From positions 868,001 to 932,000 of the forward strand of contig OZ287073.1 of NCBI GenBank assembly GCA_965645245.1: 64,000 nt of DNA. Direction: 5' to 3'. Both the position numbers and the translations under genes were made by a program. Position 1 is the first letter of the stretch, and every line of letters begins with the position of its first letter. Positions 11,956 to 24,590 of this stretch are shown here, piece by piece. The notes below the pieces were generated by a model, which was given only the letters and a program-made list of their open reading frames with translations, did no database searches and was not told where the DNA came from. The stretch is from Massalongia carnosa. Lineage: Eukaryota.

Positions 11956-14005
11956 AGACCCTCTGCACATTGTTTCAACTACAAACTATAATTAGCTCCC
12001 TATGCTGTTCAACTTACTTCTCAGGTGATGAATCTTCAACCTTGCATAAAACCTGTTCCTCACTTACCGGCACGACTAAAGACTGACAGATGTCCGTTCT
12101 TACCTGCATCTCCATATCAGTTGCATCTCTGGGAAACATCAATCGGCGATCATTCTACTTCGGTTTCCCTACATGCTAATATGAAGCTTTTAGTTCAGGA
12201 CACTAATTCCCAACCTAACATTTATTATTCTCGAGAGTACGACTCTAATTGCTGCTAGTGCATGAAGATTTATACATTCGTTGATTCTTAAGCTTAACCC
12301 CTCCTCTTCGCCTCCACTCGACCCACATGCCGACGTCTCATGATCTGCAATGCATGTGAGATACTTGCATAATACTCTGTACCTAGTACAGAGTACAGCA
12401 TGGATAGTGCGCAAGCCGTGTGCCGCCGACTTCCGGAAGCTCCCAAGTTTCTACATCGCCAGCCTCACAGTTTCCCTCTGCAACACGTGCTCTCCCCCTC
12501 GATAATAAACAATGCATAATCGGCAGCGGAAGTGGCCTTCCTTAACCGTATGCCAGTATCCGTTGGGTTCGTTTTGCTCAAGGATCATTGGAGAAATCGG
12601 AAGTCGATTGGCATACCTTGTGCTTCTACTTGTTTGCGGGGAAGCTTCTGCGTCGCGTCACTTCCAGATCATTAGGAATTTAGTGCAACATCACCTAAAT
12701 CATAAGGTCCTACCTACTCTGCACTGCGCTTTCGGACCGGTTTGCATACGACACACCTCCCCAGGTAAGTTTATTTCAATCTTGGGAAGAGTTCGAGTCC
12801 CAAGTTTCGCTTTCTGGAATCTGCGAACACGACTATCTGGTCACATGTAAATACGCCCATGTAAGTAAGACTTTCCCACAGATATGAATCAATGAAATCC
12901 ACATGCAAATCCCTGATTTGTTTCAACTCTATTTTGTTTTTATCTTCACCCCCCTTTAGAGTAGTTCGACCTCGTTGACCACTTCCTCTCTCCTCGTGAA
13001 ACCCTAATTACCTACATAAAACATAAGATCAGCTAGTTAGTTAGTCGACCTACAAGTCCCCTTCCCCAAAACAATACCTCCCACCCTCCAGAGGCGGCGG
13101 GGGGCGGCGACCTTCTCCGTAAAGACGAAAATCCCGTTCGTGGGAAACCAACTACTTGCATCTTTTACCCTATCTAGCCAGCGCGAGAAACCAGTTTTCT
13201 GGTTAGGTGTCTTTGGTATGTATATACATAGTATTAGTAGATATGGTATAGTATAGTATAGTAGGTACGTAGATATTGTATATAAGATCAAAGATCAAGG
13301 CAGCCGTTCACCATAAAACTAGGTAGGCGGATAGTTCCGCTTCGTCTGTCTTTCCGAAATACAAAATATACTTGTTGATAGAGTTAACTATGTAGTTAGC
13401 TATGTACAGGTGATTAGAGAGAATATCATGATAATGCGCTCTTTTGTTTTTTTCGTTGTCTGGTCACTGGTGGAGATGGACAGTTGAGTTGGTTGAGAGT
13501 TTCTTTCTTTCTCTTTCCCTCGTTAAGATGATATTGGAGAAAGGAGATAGGGGGTGGATGAATGAACTAGTTACTGTACATTCTACTTCGTAGACTATTC
13601 GAATACTCGGATCATCGGTCACTCAATTGATAAATCAGCCATTCATAGCTGCCCGCCCCTAACCCCTGAGGCAGAGGAGTCACCTAGAGTTGATCCTAGA
13701 CATAGCGTATTTGATCTTCCATGCAAAAACGAACACAACTTTCTAACTGAAAAGTAATCCTATAGGTATCAATGTAGACCACAACAGTAGAAAATAAAAA
13801 GAAGAAGAATACCGGTGAGCTTGTCTCAAAGCCTCCGTTATTATCAGGCTATAGAGTACCTACTATAGACATAAAAGGAAGTTGTGAAGTAACGTAGGTA
13901 CGAGAGGAAAATTCCCGCCTTTATCCCGTCAGCCCTATATTATCTACATCAACCGCGGCTTACCTCCGCACTGCTGCATCTATTCATCGAGGCTCATTGA
14001 CGAAA

Positions 14006-16461
14006 ATGAACGACCAAGATCGCCAACACAGCTCTGAAGCTCATTCCCTTGAAGGCGGTGGGAAAGACCACAACAAGAGAAAGAGTGATGATGGGTCTTC
14101 GACCCAAACCAGAGCGAAGCGCAACCGCTACATTTCAATTGCATGGTGTGACAATCTAGAAGCTTCGTCTCATGTAGTGACCGAGCTAATACTCGCAGCA
14201 ATGAATGCAAGAGACGAAAGATTAAGTGTAATGGCCAAGTGCCTTGCCAACGGTGCGGTAACTTATCCTTGGAGTGCTTGTATGCGCCCAACTGTTGTAC
14301 CAGCGGCTTCAAAGACTCTGAGTGAGTCATTCGCCCTTTCTAACCCATCATGTTCTAATGCGTCGATTAGGGAGTTTCGGATGATGAATGCCAACATACA
14401 ATCATTGCAAGATCAAGTCGACCGCCTGTACTCTGACCTCAACGCCTTAGGTACGACGCAGGAGGGCAATGGCCTGTTACATCACGGGCATGGGTCCTAT
14501 CCACACCAGCAATCGCTTGCTCGCCCGAACTCTCAGGCATCTTATCAAAATGGAGTATCGCCGTCACAGTCGCGCGGAAAGCACCCGCGATTCCAAGGTC
14601 CTACAACCTCTGCATTCAATTTCGATGTCGCACACTCAAGCTTGCAGACGATGGGCATCACCGATGGCGATGTCCCCGATGAAGGGGATCTGAATTATGA
14701 AGAGCGTCCTCTCAGCTCATCTCCTCAGCATCGAGCTTCATCTACGCCAATAGTGACTCTGCCGTCTCCTAAGGATCCTATATGGAAAGTCGGGAAGGAA
14801 GAAGCTATCCGGCTCTGTAGGGTGTATGAGGAAGCAGTAGGAATCACATACCCTATGTTTGACTTTGAGAATTTTGTAGACAAGGCCGAGGTATTTTTAA
14901 GGTTGGGCGAGTCTGCTGCAAGGGGAGGACTCATGAATCGAAACGTTGCAAATTTGGAGAGCCTTGATGCTGATGATATAAATATCTTTAAGATCGTGTT
15001 AGCTACTGCTCTTACTGATGAAGGAAATGGTCAGTCAGAATTAGGCCAGATGCTATTCGATTCTGTCAGACGAACCTCGGAAAGCAAACTCTGGGAGCCT
15101 GCAGAGCTCAAAGGCTTGATTCTCCTGGTGGTTGTGGTAAGGGTGCTTCAAGGCTAAGTCATTTTACAAACTGATTTGTTTCTAGGCACTTTATCACTTT
15201 CACTTGGACGATGAAATTCAGTCGTATAGATTTATTGGTCTTGCGGCGCGTCTATCTTTGGAAATGGGCATGCATCGGAGAGAGATGATCACGAAGAACT
15301 ACCGGGACGAGAGGGAACGCTGTTGGGCCCTTAAAGTGTTCTGGTCTATATATGTACTCGATCGACGATGGAGTTTTGGAACAGGCATGCCATTTGCTAT
15401 CCAGGATGCAGATATCGACCCTTCGCTGCCTGAGCCAGTACGTGCGTGCTCGAGATTATGAGCATGTTTGCTAATCGCATGATTAGGACTGTTCGAGCCC
15501 GTATTTGATTGCTATGATTTCGTACAGCCGCATTTCATCCAAGGTTTGGTGCTCCGTGTCGAACGTGGAAGGGTCACGGAGCGAAATCAAAAAGGATAAC
15601 ATCGGCTACCTTGACTACCAGATTCTTCACTGGCAGAGCTCAACGCCGGAGTCGTTGAGATATTACCCATCTACCAGCGGGACGGAGTTGAGTGTGCCTA
15701 GCCGTGGGCTACGCCGTCTCCAGGTCCTTCTCTATCTACGAACCAATCAAATGCGCATTCTGATTTACAGACCCGTCCTCCATTCCGCTACTAGCATCAC
15801 GGAGAATCGGCACTATGCACAATCAGTTGTTGAGGTTGCCAAAGATTCGATCAGAGTGCTTACCCGGATCAACCAGACGTCGGACATCTACCGCACCCAA
15901 CAGATGTGCTTCAATTACTTCCTTATTTCTGCCCTTGCGGTATTATTCCTTGCTGTGTCACATGCCCCGGTAGAATTTAACCGACAGGTTCGGGATGAGT
16001 TCTATATGGCCCTTGACCTGGTCAAAGGATTCAGTACCAAGTCTTATATCTCAAAGCGTCTGTGGAGGACGATCAAAGGGCTCAAAGAGGTTGGACCGAA
16101 GCTCGGTCTGGTGTCCCAGACTTCGCTTCCTGATGCCAATGACCCACATTCGTCGGCAGCCGTTGCCATGGCAGGTCTGGCCGGCCACGCTGTGGACGAA
16201 ATGGCAGCATTTCCCGCGCATCACGGGCCCAATCCGCTCGATGGTGGTCCGATGAATGGGCAACAGATGAGCTATGAGCTGACCAACCTGTTTGAAGCAG
16301 CTGGTGGATACGGAGGCGTCGTTGCTTCGCACGCGCAAGGGATCGATGGGGTGAATGGATTCGTAGGAACTCAGGGAGAGCTTAATCAATCCACCGAAGG
16401 CTTTAGTGGAATCTACGGCAGCGATGGAGAGTTCTCGAGGATTATGCGAGATCTGTTTTGA
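14006..16461 (+). CDS. Zn(II)2Cys6 transcription factor with fungal-specific TF (MHR) domain; about 5 exons
   Basis: Splicing the first intron (about 14146-14198) gives RAKRNRYISIACNECKRRKIKCNGQVPCQRCGNLSLECLY. Later exons contain FWSIYVLDRRWSFGTGMPFAIQDADIDPSLPEP and LYLRTNQMRILIYRPVL. GT..AG introns at about 14321-14370, 15137-15185 and 15438-15486. Confidence 0.92.
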
Positions 16462-17417
16462 GACCCAGACAATGCGTGGATGACGATACCCCTGTGTTTG
16501 CTTTCATGTACGAGCGTCTATAAATCTCTAGGGATAGGGTTCTTTCGTTTATCCATAGGAACGTAACGAATAAAAAATCTCGAACGAGGCACTTTTGATT
16601 TGTATTCGTGAGCTTAAGCCCTGCATGAGATGATGTTTGAGTTCGGGAATAGATCCAGTCTTGACGGAGGGAAAGGGGACAGGCCAAGATAAGCGACGCG
16701 GCTACTACGCCATGGCGCATTCTAGGCAGTCCCACTAAGATACCCTCTGCCGAGTAGAGTCGTCGTGTGGGTGAGAAATAGAGAAATAGACAAGAGAGAG
16801 ACAAACAATCATCCCATCACTCGACCCTGTGTACTAAGATTCAATCGTCATATCAAACAAAAAGAAAAGAAAAGAGACGCAAGAAACTATCCATATCCTG
16901 CCTTCGAGCCTATATGCTTTATGACAAGTGACACTCACGGCCAAACGGACATTTCGCCTTTGAATTCAGTCAAAATCGCCTTGTTTGCCTGTCAGCGTCT
17001 CCACATAGAGGAAATGCTGTTAGACACCAGCTTTCCATAGAGATTGCGTGTCAATTCAAGTACCATATAACGAAAATAATGCGCCAATGATGCATCTGGA
17101 TAGCAAACCAGCCCTCTTTACCCGTTATTATTCATCACGAATCCTCTCAGCATTCACTACCTCTCCGTCCTGGCTCTTGCCGGGTGTGAGTGCAGGTCAG
17201 TAAAAGTGGATATCGAAAGCTTGAGCATTGAGCATAGGAAAGTCGAGGACGGGCTGCAACCAACTCGAAATATCGCTAGTCAGAAGCTCCTTCCGCAACC
17301 ATCATCGTGTCTGCCAACGGGGACTCGTCCCTGCCTGCTGGTCTTGAGGGCCTAAATATCGCCTCAACTGGCGCGTCCACATCGACAGTGTCGGACACTC
17401 AGAGCCTAAGCTCGGTC

Positions 17418-18686
17418 ATGTCTTCCTCCTCCGGCACGCCTGAGTCATGGATTTCCTCCTTTTGTTCACTGCTCGGGCATGAATACTTCGCCGAAGTGTC
17501 GGAAGATTTCATTGAAGATGATTTCAATCTCACCGGGCTCCAGAATCAGGTTCCCATGTACAAGGAAGCATTGGAAATGATCTTGGACGTCGAGCCCGAG
17601 GATGACGAGGAGGACGAAGAGGAGGAGGAGGAGGAAGAGGAGGAAGAGGAAGATGATGATCACGACGTCACCATGCGCGGAGAAGATGGAGAGAAATTGG
17701 CCGGCGGCTACCGGCGCAGCAGTGAAAGGCGACACTTGCGGATGGCTCATGACCTCAGCATAATCGAAAGCTCCGCCGAGCTACTCTACGGCCTTATCCA
17801 CCAACGCTACATCACCTCTCGGCCCGGCATCCAGCAAATGGCTGACAAATACGAGCTGCAGCATTTTGGCTCTTGCCCGCGTGTCTTTTGCAACAGCGCC
17901 CGAGTGCTACCCGTGGGTTGCAACGATATTCCGGGTCAGGAAACCGTTAAGCTTTTCTGCCCTAGCTGCCTGGACGTCTACACCCCCCCCAACAGCCGCT
18001 TTCAGTCCGTCGACGGGGCCTTCTTTGGCACCACCTTCGGCTGCCTCTTCTTCATGACCTTTCCCGAATTCGACGTCTCCGCCAAAGGCGACCCGCTTAA
18101 CCTTGCCTCCACGAACCCCATTTTTGGCCTTTCATCACCCGCCGATTTAACGATGAAATCCCGCTCCTCATCCCTGACCTCTACCCCCGTGCCAACCTCC
18201 GCCACCACCGCCCAGCAGGACCCTAGCCTCCTCCCTCTCGCCTCTTCCTCCCCACCTCTATCCCAACCTGTCTCCATCAATGGCACCTCGGCTGCAAACC
18301 TCGCGCCGGGCCTGGGCCCCGGAAAAATGCACGAGTCGCGCATCTACGGCTTCCGCGTGTCGGAGCGGTCGAAAACGGGGCCGCGCATGAAATGGCTGCG
18401 CATGCGGCCGGTGGATATTACAGAGCTAGACGAGAGTGCGCGATGGCATGCCATTCATGGAGGGGACGCGGAGGAGGGAGTTGCCGTTGGAGTGCGGGGG
18501 GGGGGCGCGAACGGCGGGGCGGCTGGGCACGAACAGGCGCAGGTAGCGCGAAGGAAAAAGGCGCCGATTCGGAGCCGGCGGAGGGGGTTGGGGCTTGGTG
18601 GGGGGCATACGGCTGGGGTGGGCGGTAGTGGTGGGGGAGATGGGGTGCATGAAGAGGGGATGAACGGGATTGGGGATGTGGGATGA
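17418..18686 (+). CDS. CKB: Casein kinase II regulatory subunit beta (intronless)
   Basis: SWISSFCSLLGHEYFAEVSEDFIEDDFNLTGL, acidic loop, LLYGLIHQRYI, zinc finger CPRVFC...LFCPSC, DGAFFGTTF, RIYGFR. Paralog number (CKB1 vs CKB2) not assigned. Confidence 0.95.
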   Translation: MSSSSGTPESWISSFCSLLGHEYFAEVSEDFIEDDFNLTGLQNQVPMYKEALEMILDVEPEDDEEDEEEEEEEEEEEEDDDHDVTMRGEDGEKLAGGYRRSSERRHLRMAHDLSIIESSAELLYGLIHQRYITSRPGIQQMADKYELQHFGSCPRVFCNSARVLPVGCNDIPGQETVKLFCPSCLDVYTPPNSRFQSVDGAFFGTTFGCLFFMTFPEFDVSAKGDPLNLASTNPIFGLSSPADLTMKSRSSSLTSTPVPTSATTAQQDPSLLPLASSSPPLSQPVSINGTSAANLAPGLGPGKMHESRIYGFRVSERSKTGPRMKWLRMRPVDITELDESARWHAIHGGDAEEGVAVGVRGGGANGGAAGHEQAQVARRKKAPIRSRRRGLGLGGGHTAGVGGSGGGDGVHEEGMNGIGDVG

Positions 18687-19058
18687 TTTACGTGGGATGG
18701 AAAGGAAAGGGTCGGGGAAAGGGTTCACGAACATGTTGTAGATGAAAGAAGCGTGGATTTGCGGGGCTTATTGTATCTCTCCTTTTTTTTTTCCCCTTTC
18801 CATTCCTTTTGCTTTTTTTCTATTCGTCCATTACTTATCTGTGTCGAGAGTTTTTTATCTACCTATGTATCACGGAACAGTGGGAAAGTCCCACCCAAAC
18901 CTCGAAAGCCGGAGCCGGGAGCTTTTCATGTTTGCCGTACAGAATATGGTGTGGTGTGGTGTGGTGTGTGATGATGACGATGATGATGGAAAAACAAGAA
19001 AAATCCAAATAAATAACTATGTATCTATGTATATATGTGTATGTATTTTTCATTTTCC

Positions 19059-19092
19059 CTTCTTCTTCTTCTTCTTCTTCTTCTTCTTCTTC
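19059..19092. repeat. (CTT)11 microsatellite
   Basis: Read directly from sequence, in the low-complexity spacer between convergent CKB and MED19. Confidence 0.95.
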
Positions 19093-19852
19093 CGCTCCTC
19101 TTCCTCGCACCATACATACATACATAACCCGCCGGACGAAGCCGGAAGACCAGCGAGTCAGCCAGTTCGGGCAAGAAAAAAAAAAAGAACCGAACGAGCA
19201 AGTAAGCAAGCGCGCTCGCCATGTCTGTGCATATATATGACCGGCAAAGGTCCCTAGACTGGCGATGCTTTGTATTATGGATATATGGATGGAGAGGGAT
19301 GGAGGGATGGAGGGGGTGACCTTTTAAAAGCTTCTCCCCCCTTCGTCCCTCGTTCCCTGAGAGGGAGATTTGGGGTTAAAGATGAAGATGAAGCAAGAAC
19401 CCCTGCGAGGAAAAAAAAAAAAACTCCTTTTTGCAACCCTCGCCCCCATTTCCCACCCCTTGTGGTGCCTACCTGACTGCCTGCTTGTCGCCGTGACGCC
19501 ATGTGCCCGTTGGGCTAGCTGCTACATGAATTAACCGAAGGTATGCCTGCCTGCCTGCCTGCCTGCCTGCCGCCTCGGAGGAAGAATACAAAACGCCGGT
19601 AAAATTTTTAGTGGATGGGTATACCCTGATTTTTCTGCTTCGGTCGTGATACATTTGCGTGGATGGGGATTTGGGGGTGGTTGGGCGGGTTGGGTGACAT
19701 GATGAGGGAGCTTTCGCTGTTGCTGCTGCGTGAATGTCGAGAAGAGATAGGGGGAGGAAGATAGGCTTCGTTGACGGGGATGGGCGTGGAGTGGCGAGAC
19801 TTTCCGTAGAAGGCGTATGCCTTTCCTGAGGAAATATCCCGCGAAGCCTCGG

Positions 19853-21072
19853 TCACCGCCCATACGCCCCGATGCCGCTGCCCACCCCGATCATGCCGAC
19901 TCCATAGCTACCTTTCCGCTCGCCCAGACCCGTCGGGTTCGAAGAGGCGTAATCCTTCAGACGTTAGTGGGGTGTTTCGTGACAGAATTTATGGACACAA
20001 GGGCTATTTCATTTTTATACCTTTTTTCGCTTCTTCGATGTGCTGCTTATGCGACTGCCTTCTTCTGATGTGTAGCCTCCACCGAGCAGTACATCCCCAT
20101 CGTCGTCCACATAACCCTCGCCATAGCCTTCAAAACTGTGCTCATCGTACCGTCGTTTCTTTCCGGTGCGTTTCGGCCGGATCAACTCCGATGCTGTAGA
20201 CTTCGCCGCGTTGACACTAGCGCCATTGGACAACCCGTTCGCCTTGAGGGCGGGAACCTCTGCATGAGTTTGCTTCTTGGCTTTCTGGTCGACAACCGCC
20301 GTGATCGGCTTTGCCTTTTCGTAACCCAACAAGTCCTCCCATTCGGCGTTGTTTGGCAAAGGCCCTGGTTGCATCTGCATCGCTTTTTCCAGCTTCGCTA
20401 GCGTTGCACTTGGAAGCCCTTTTTGAACGTCCTTGCCCAGCACCTTCTGATTGTACCATTCCTCTTCCGGCCATCTCGCCAGCTCTAGCAGCCCGGGCGA
20501 CTTCCCCGCTTCATGCTTCACTGCACGGTTTCTACCTGCTAGTCCCAAAGCCTTCACCTTGCCTTCGTACGACTTTCGCATCTTGTTGATCTTTTCCCCG
20601 GTTGCCGGATCTATCCGTGCAACGCTTGCGGCGAGCGGCTGAAGCCCGCACAGCGCCAGCAAGTCTTGGGTGAGATAAGGTTGAAACGACACAGCAGCTA
20701 CCCCGAAGCCTCTGTGTCAACCAAAATTTGCGAGCGTGAAGGCACCAAGGGTCTGCTTGAAGTCTTACCCTTCTGCACCAGAGGTACTGAGTGACTCTGA
20801 CCTTCCCTTGGTTGCTCTAGAACCGATTCTGCATTTTTCAACCCCAATGCTTCCGTATCACATGGCTGATCAGCCTGCTTCTCTGTGCGCTCACTATTGT
20901 CGGGGGTGAAATCTAAGGATGTATCCATGGCGTCTTGCTCTTGCTCGCGCTCAAGTGGATGCGATTCGTGAGGATTGAAAGCCATGCTTCGACTGGATGT
21001 TCGACTCGAAAGATTCCCATGTTGTGAAGCGAGAGTGTTGGCGGGTGTATTGAATGGTGTTGAAGTGGTCAT
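19853..21072 (-). CDS. MED19: Mediator subunit 19 (Rox3); 3 exons, start approximate
   Basis: DLLALCGLQPLAASVARIDPATGEKINKMRKSYEGKVKALGLAGRN..WPEEEW..RPKRTGKKRRYDEHSFEGYGEGYVDD..KKRKK. Introns 20698-20768 and about 19955-20020. Last exon DYASSNP..ERKGSYGVGMIGVGSGIG. Confidence 0.9.
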
Positions 21073-21488
21073 GGGGTTGGGGTGAGAATAGAGGATGAAG
21101 TTGAAGTTGTGGAGAACCGTTTTCGGGCGGCGACAGAACCCCGATTGAGACTTTAGTGGCACCTTAGACGCGGAAAAGGCTGAGGCCGGATCGGGAGTAG
21201 CCTGGGCCTTTTTTTGTTGGAACAATGGAGTTAGTCTGTACGGAGTACGGAGTACGGAGTACACTGTACCGCCCTGTATGTACATACATACGGACTAGGT
21301 ACGGTATGATACGCTGTGTTCTATACTCCGTACAATGTACCTAATGTCGGTAAGATATCGCTAATACAGAGCAGCTACAAGGTACAGGATTGACGCAAGA
21401 TTAGTAACATATGGCAACTTATTGGATTCTTAGCGTTCGTGTTTAAGGAACCAAAAGAAAGAAACCTTTGCTCGTCATAGAATAATAG

Positions 21489-21568
21489 GATCAAATAATA
21501 TGATCAAATAATATGATCAAATAATATGATCAAATAATATGATCAAATAATATGATCAAATAATATGA
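21489..21568. repeat. Minisatellite: six perfect copies of a 13-bp unit GATCAAATAATAT
   Basis: Read directly; lies in the divergent intergenic region between MED19 and the bHLH gene. Confidence 0.95.
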
Positions 21569-22091
21569 ATTAATGGAGCAATTAATTAATAACGAACAAG
21601 ATAACTGTAACAGATACTCGGTGCTCGCTACGTGATTCCTAATTGTGGAATGCTGAATTGGTGGGATTTACGCTGATTGATAGACCTAAACTCTAAAAGA
21701 CGAATCGACTGATTGTCATCCAATCACCTTGCACGTGTGGAAACCGAGCACGCGATCAATCCTCCGACAAGAAACCCATCCCCCCACATCCACCACCTAC
21801 CCATAACCCCCTACCCCCGGCCCCCCCCAAAACCCAAACTGAGGCGGCATAAACACAATACCTGTTAGAGAAGCTAACTAGTCCTCGCGATTCAATAGGG
21901 AAAATAAACGCCCAAAAGCCCCCCCTTCCCCTCCTCCCTCCAACCATGTCTTACGAGACTACTCTTGATCTTTTCTTCCTTCCCTCCTCCATCGCACTCT
22001 TACCTGCTAAATCAAGATCCAACGCCCCAACGGTCTCCACAAGGTCTTTGCTCAAGACACATTGATTAGTCCTCCACAAGTCACGCCTGAT

Positions 22092-23202
22092 ATGCCTCGA
22101 ATGGCGTTGCCGCCCACTCCTGCCTCTTCGACGGACATCACGGGTGAGAAAGAATCTCAACCTTCCTCGCTCGAAGCATCCTTTCTTCTACCTCCACCCG
22201 CCATGACATCAGCAGGCAGCAAGACTTCGGCCAGCACGTTGCAGTCCCGCTCACCTAGCACCGCCACCACCTTCTCCCTGCCTCCGCCTCCTACACGCTC
22301 CCGGAAGATTATACAGATGAAGCCTAGACAAAAGCAACCGGAACAGCAGGAAACCCCCCCCCCTATACGCCCTACCTCCAAAGGTACCGGCAAAAAGGGG
22401 GTGTCTGCCTCCTCGACGGCACCAGCCTCGGGGGGTAAGAAGCAGCCGAGCGCTACAAGCGCGGCAGGGAAGAGGATGGCCCGGAAGACTGCCCATTCCG
22501 TGATCGAGCGAAGACGCAGATCGAAAATGAACGAGGAGTTTGGGGTTTTGAAGGATATGATACCTGCATGCAAGGATCAGGATATGCATAAATTGGCTAT
22601 TCTTCAGGTAAGTTCCAAAAGTTACGAGGAACATGGAAACAGCACCTTGACACGCCTCCCAGGCAAGCATCGACTACCTGCGCTACTTGGAAAAATGCAT
22701 CGTAAATCTCCAGGCCGCTAATGCATCCATGGCAAACCCACCCCGCCTCCAAACCTCCTTCTCCCCCATCAACGATAACGATAACAACGAGGAAGATATC
22801 GACAACCAGGACGAGGATGGCGACCAAAAAATGACCGATCAGGAATCAACAGTCACCACCCCCGCTCTCTCTACACCCTTAGATTCCCGGCGCCCTGGCG
22901 CTGACAGGAGCCCCCAATCTACGCACCCCTCCCCAGCTCTCGACGGCATTGGGCCCCTTCCTCTATCCTCGTCCTCTCAGGGATCCTCGTCCTCGTGTAC
23001 CTTTCCCCCACCCTCCCCTTCGTTTCCCGGGCCTTTGGGCCGCTTCGACTACTCCCTCTCAACCTCCACCTCACCGATGCTAGTCCCAGACCCGAGACAT
23101 CCGGACCACGAAGCCACCTCGGCGCTGCTAATGCTGAACCAGGACCGCCGGAACCCGAGCTCGGGCCGGGGAATGAGTGTGAAGGATCTGCTGAGCGCTT
23201 AG
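22092..23202 (+). CDS. bHLH transcription factor; 2 exons
   Basis: RKTAHSVIERRRRSKMNEEFGVLKDMIPACKDQDMHKLAILQ, intron 22608-22662 (GTAAGT..CAG), then ASIDYLRYLEKC. C-terminal DHEATSALLML..RGMSVKDLLS motif. Confidence 0.93.
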
Positions 23203-23769
23203 ATGGTTGAAGAGGTACTGTTGCGTTTGCGCGAGTGCATGTCGTGCGGCTCAGAACGCATGGTTTGATTCGGTTGATTGTGACTCCACCGGCAATCTCT
23301 TGCGGTGCTGCTGATATGGTCCTCGGAAAAGCTTCTCCTTACTCACATACTTAGATATTTCAAATAAATAGTGAGAGATAGTAATCGTTTAACCTCAAGA
23401 ACAGATTCGCCGATAAAGAAATCAGTCGAGAATCCTTCCAATCGTTCACTTCCCACCCTCAAGCACCTCATCCACTTTCTTTTATTCTTCTTTCCTTTCT
23501 TTCTATTCTTTGACCTTTCAATCCCCATTTCTCTCTCTCTCTATCCTTGTCTTCTACATAGGTACCTATCAGAACCCATCCGAACCCATAATCCCCCCCT
23601 CCCTCCCCTCTTACTAGTATTAGGATAATATTTCTCGGCAACTTTTCTGTCTAGTTGTCTCTCTTCTTTTCCCAACAAGACCCCTTCTCCCAACCTTCCC
23701 GTTGGTTTCACTCTACGTAACCAACCACGATATATGATTTCACTGTCTACTTATTAATATATATACCCA

Positions 23770-24590
23770 CGACGGCGCGCCCTCAACGCTACGCCGGCTC
23801 AGCGTAAGCGTGACTGGTATACGAGGCAGATTGCTCGAGTCCGGCCTGCTGACATGATAGAGGACACTCTGACGGACAGAGGGCTAGCCAAGATCTTCAA
23901 CAATCAGTGGAAACAGACCTGGAGCGCGTATCAGGCGGCTCATCAGCGTCATCCCTGCGCTGCGCTTACTGAGGGTCTTTCGATAAAGAGACTGGGATTA
24001 CATAAGAACTTCAGCAAATCCGAAAGCAGCCTCATCATTCAAATGCGTACTGAGCGTATTGGCTTGGCGGATTATCTCTTCTCTCGTCGAGTTCCCACGT
24101 TCGCTTCGCCGGCGTGTAGCTGTGGATGGGCACGCCAGACGCTCAAGCATGTGCTACTCAGCTGCCCCAGGTTTGTTAACGGCCGAAGCAACATGTGCAG
24201 AGACGCCGGAACGACGGATTATCGCCGCCTTCTGACCACCGAAAAGGGCTTACGAGCCTCCGCTCGCTGGCTTATGCGGACTAATCTACTGACACAGTTT
24301 TCGCTAGCTGTAGAGTGTCTTTCTTCCTCCCCCTGACTGTCGCGTAGTGATAGTCACAAACTCTAGTTATAACAGAGGCAGAAGGTAGTCTCTTGACACG
24401 CATGTGTGTCGTAGACGTGGCGCTGGCGAAACGTAGCATTCGCGAAGTGAGGTCGAGCGATCACGTGTAGGTATACAGATGAAGGTTTTTTCCCCTCGAT
24501 GAGGGTTTTCCTTCTTTGAAACTTTGATAGCTTTTCTCGCATGGGTCGGCTGTAGCTGATGTCACAACGAGTATGAATTTAATAATAATA
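23770..24590 (+). mobile_element. 5'-truncated non-LTR retrotransposon (Tad1-like LINE) 3' end
   Basis: ORF 23854-24336 is a LINE ORF2 C-terminus (QMRTERIGLADYL..CSCGWARQTLKHVLLSC). The 3' UTR ends in a (TAA)n tail. 11-bp TSD ATATATACCCA at 23759-23769 and 24591-24601. Confidence 0.88.

Noticed and set aside
18880..18892. GGGAAAGTCCC resembling the RNase P/MRP P4 5' strand
   Set aside because: No matching 3' P4 strand or other conserved regions found nearby.
18742..19863. Many overlapping ORFs between CKB and MED19
   Set aside because: Produced by microsatellites and low-complexity sequence (poly-F/S/E/R); no domain content.
21489..21568. Regular repeats as a CRISPR-like array
   Set aside because: No spacers; head-to-tail minisatellite in eukaryotic DNA.
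21946..22065. Upstream ATG as the bHLH start codon
   Set aside because: That frame stops at about 22065; at most a uORF. The family-like N-terminus begins at 22092.
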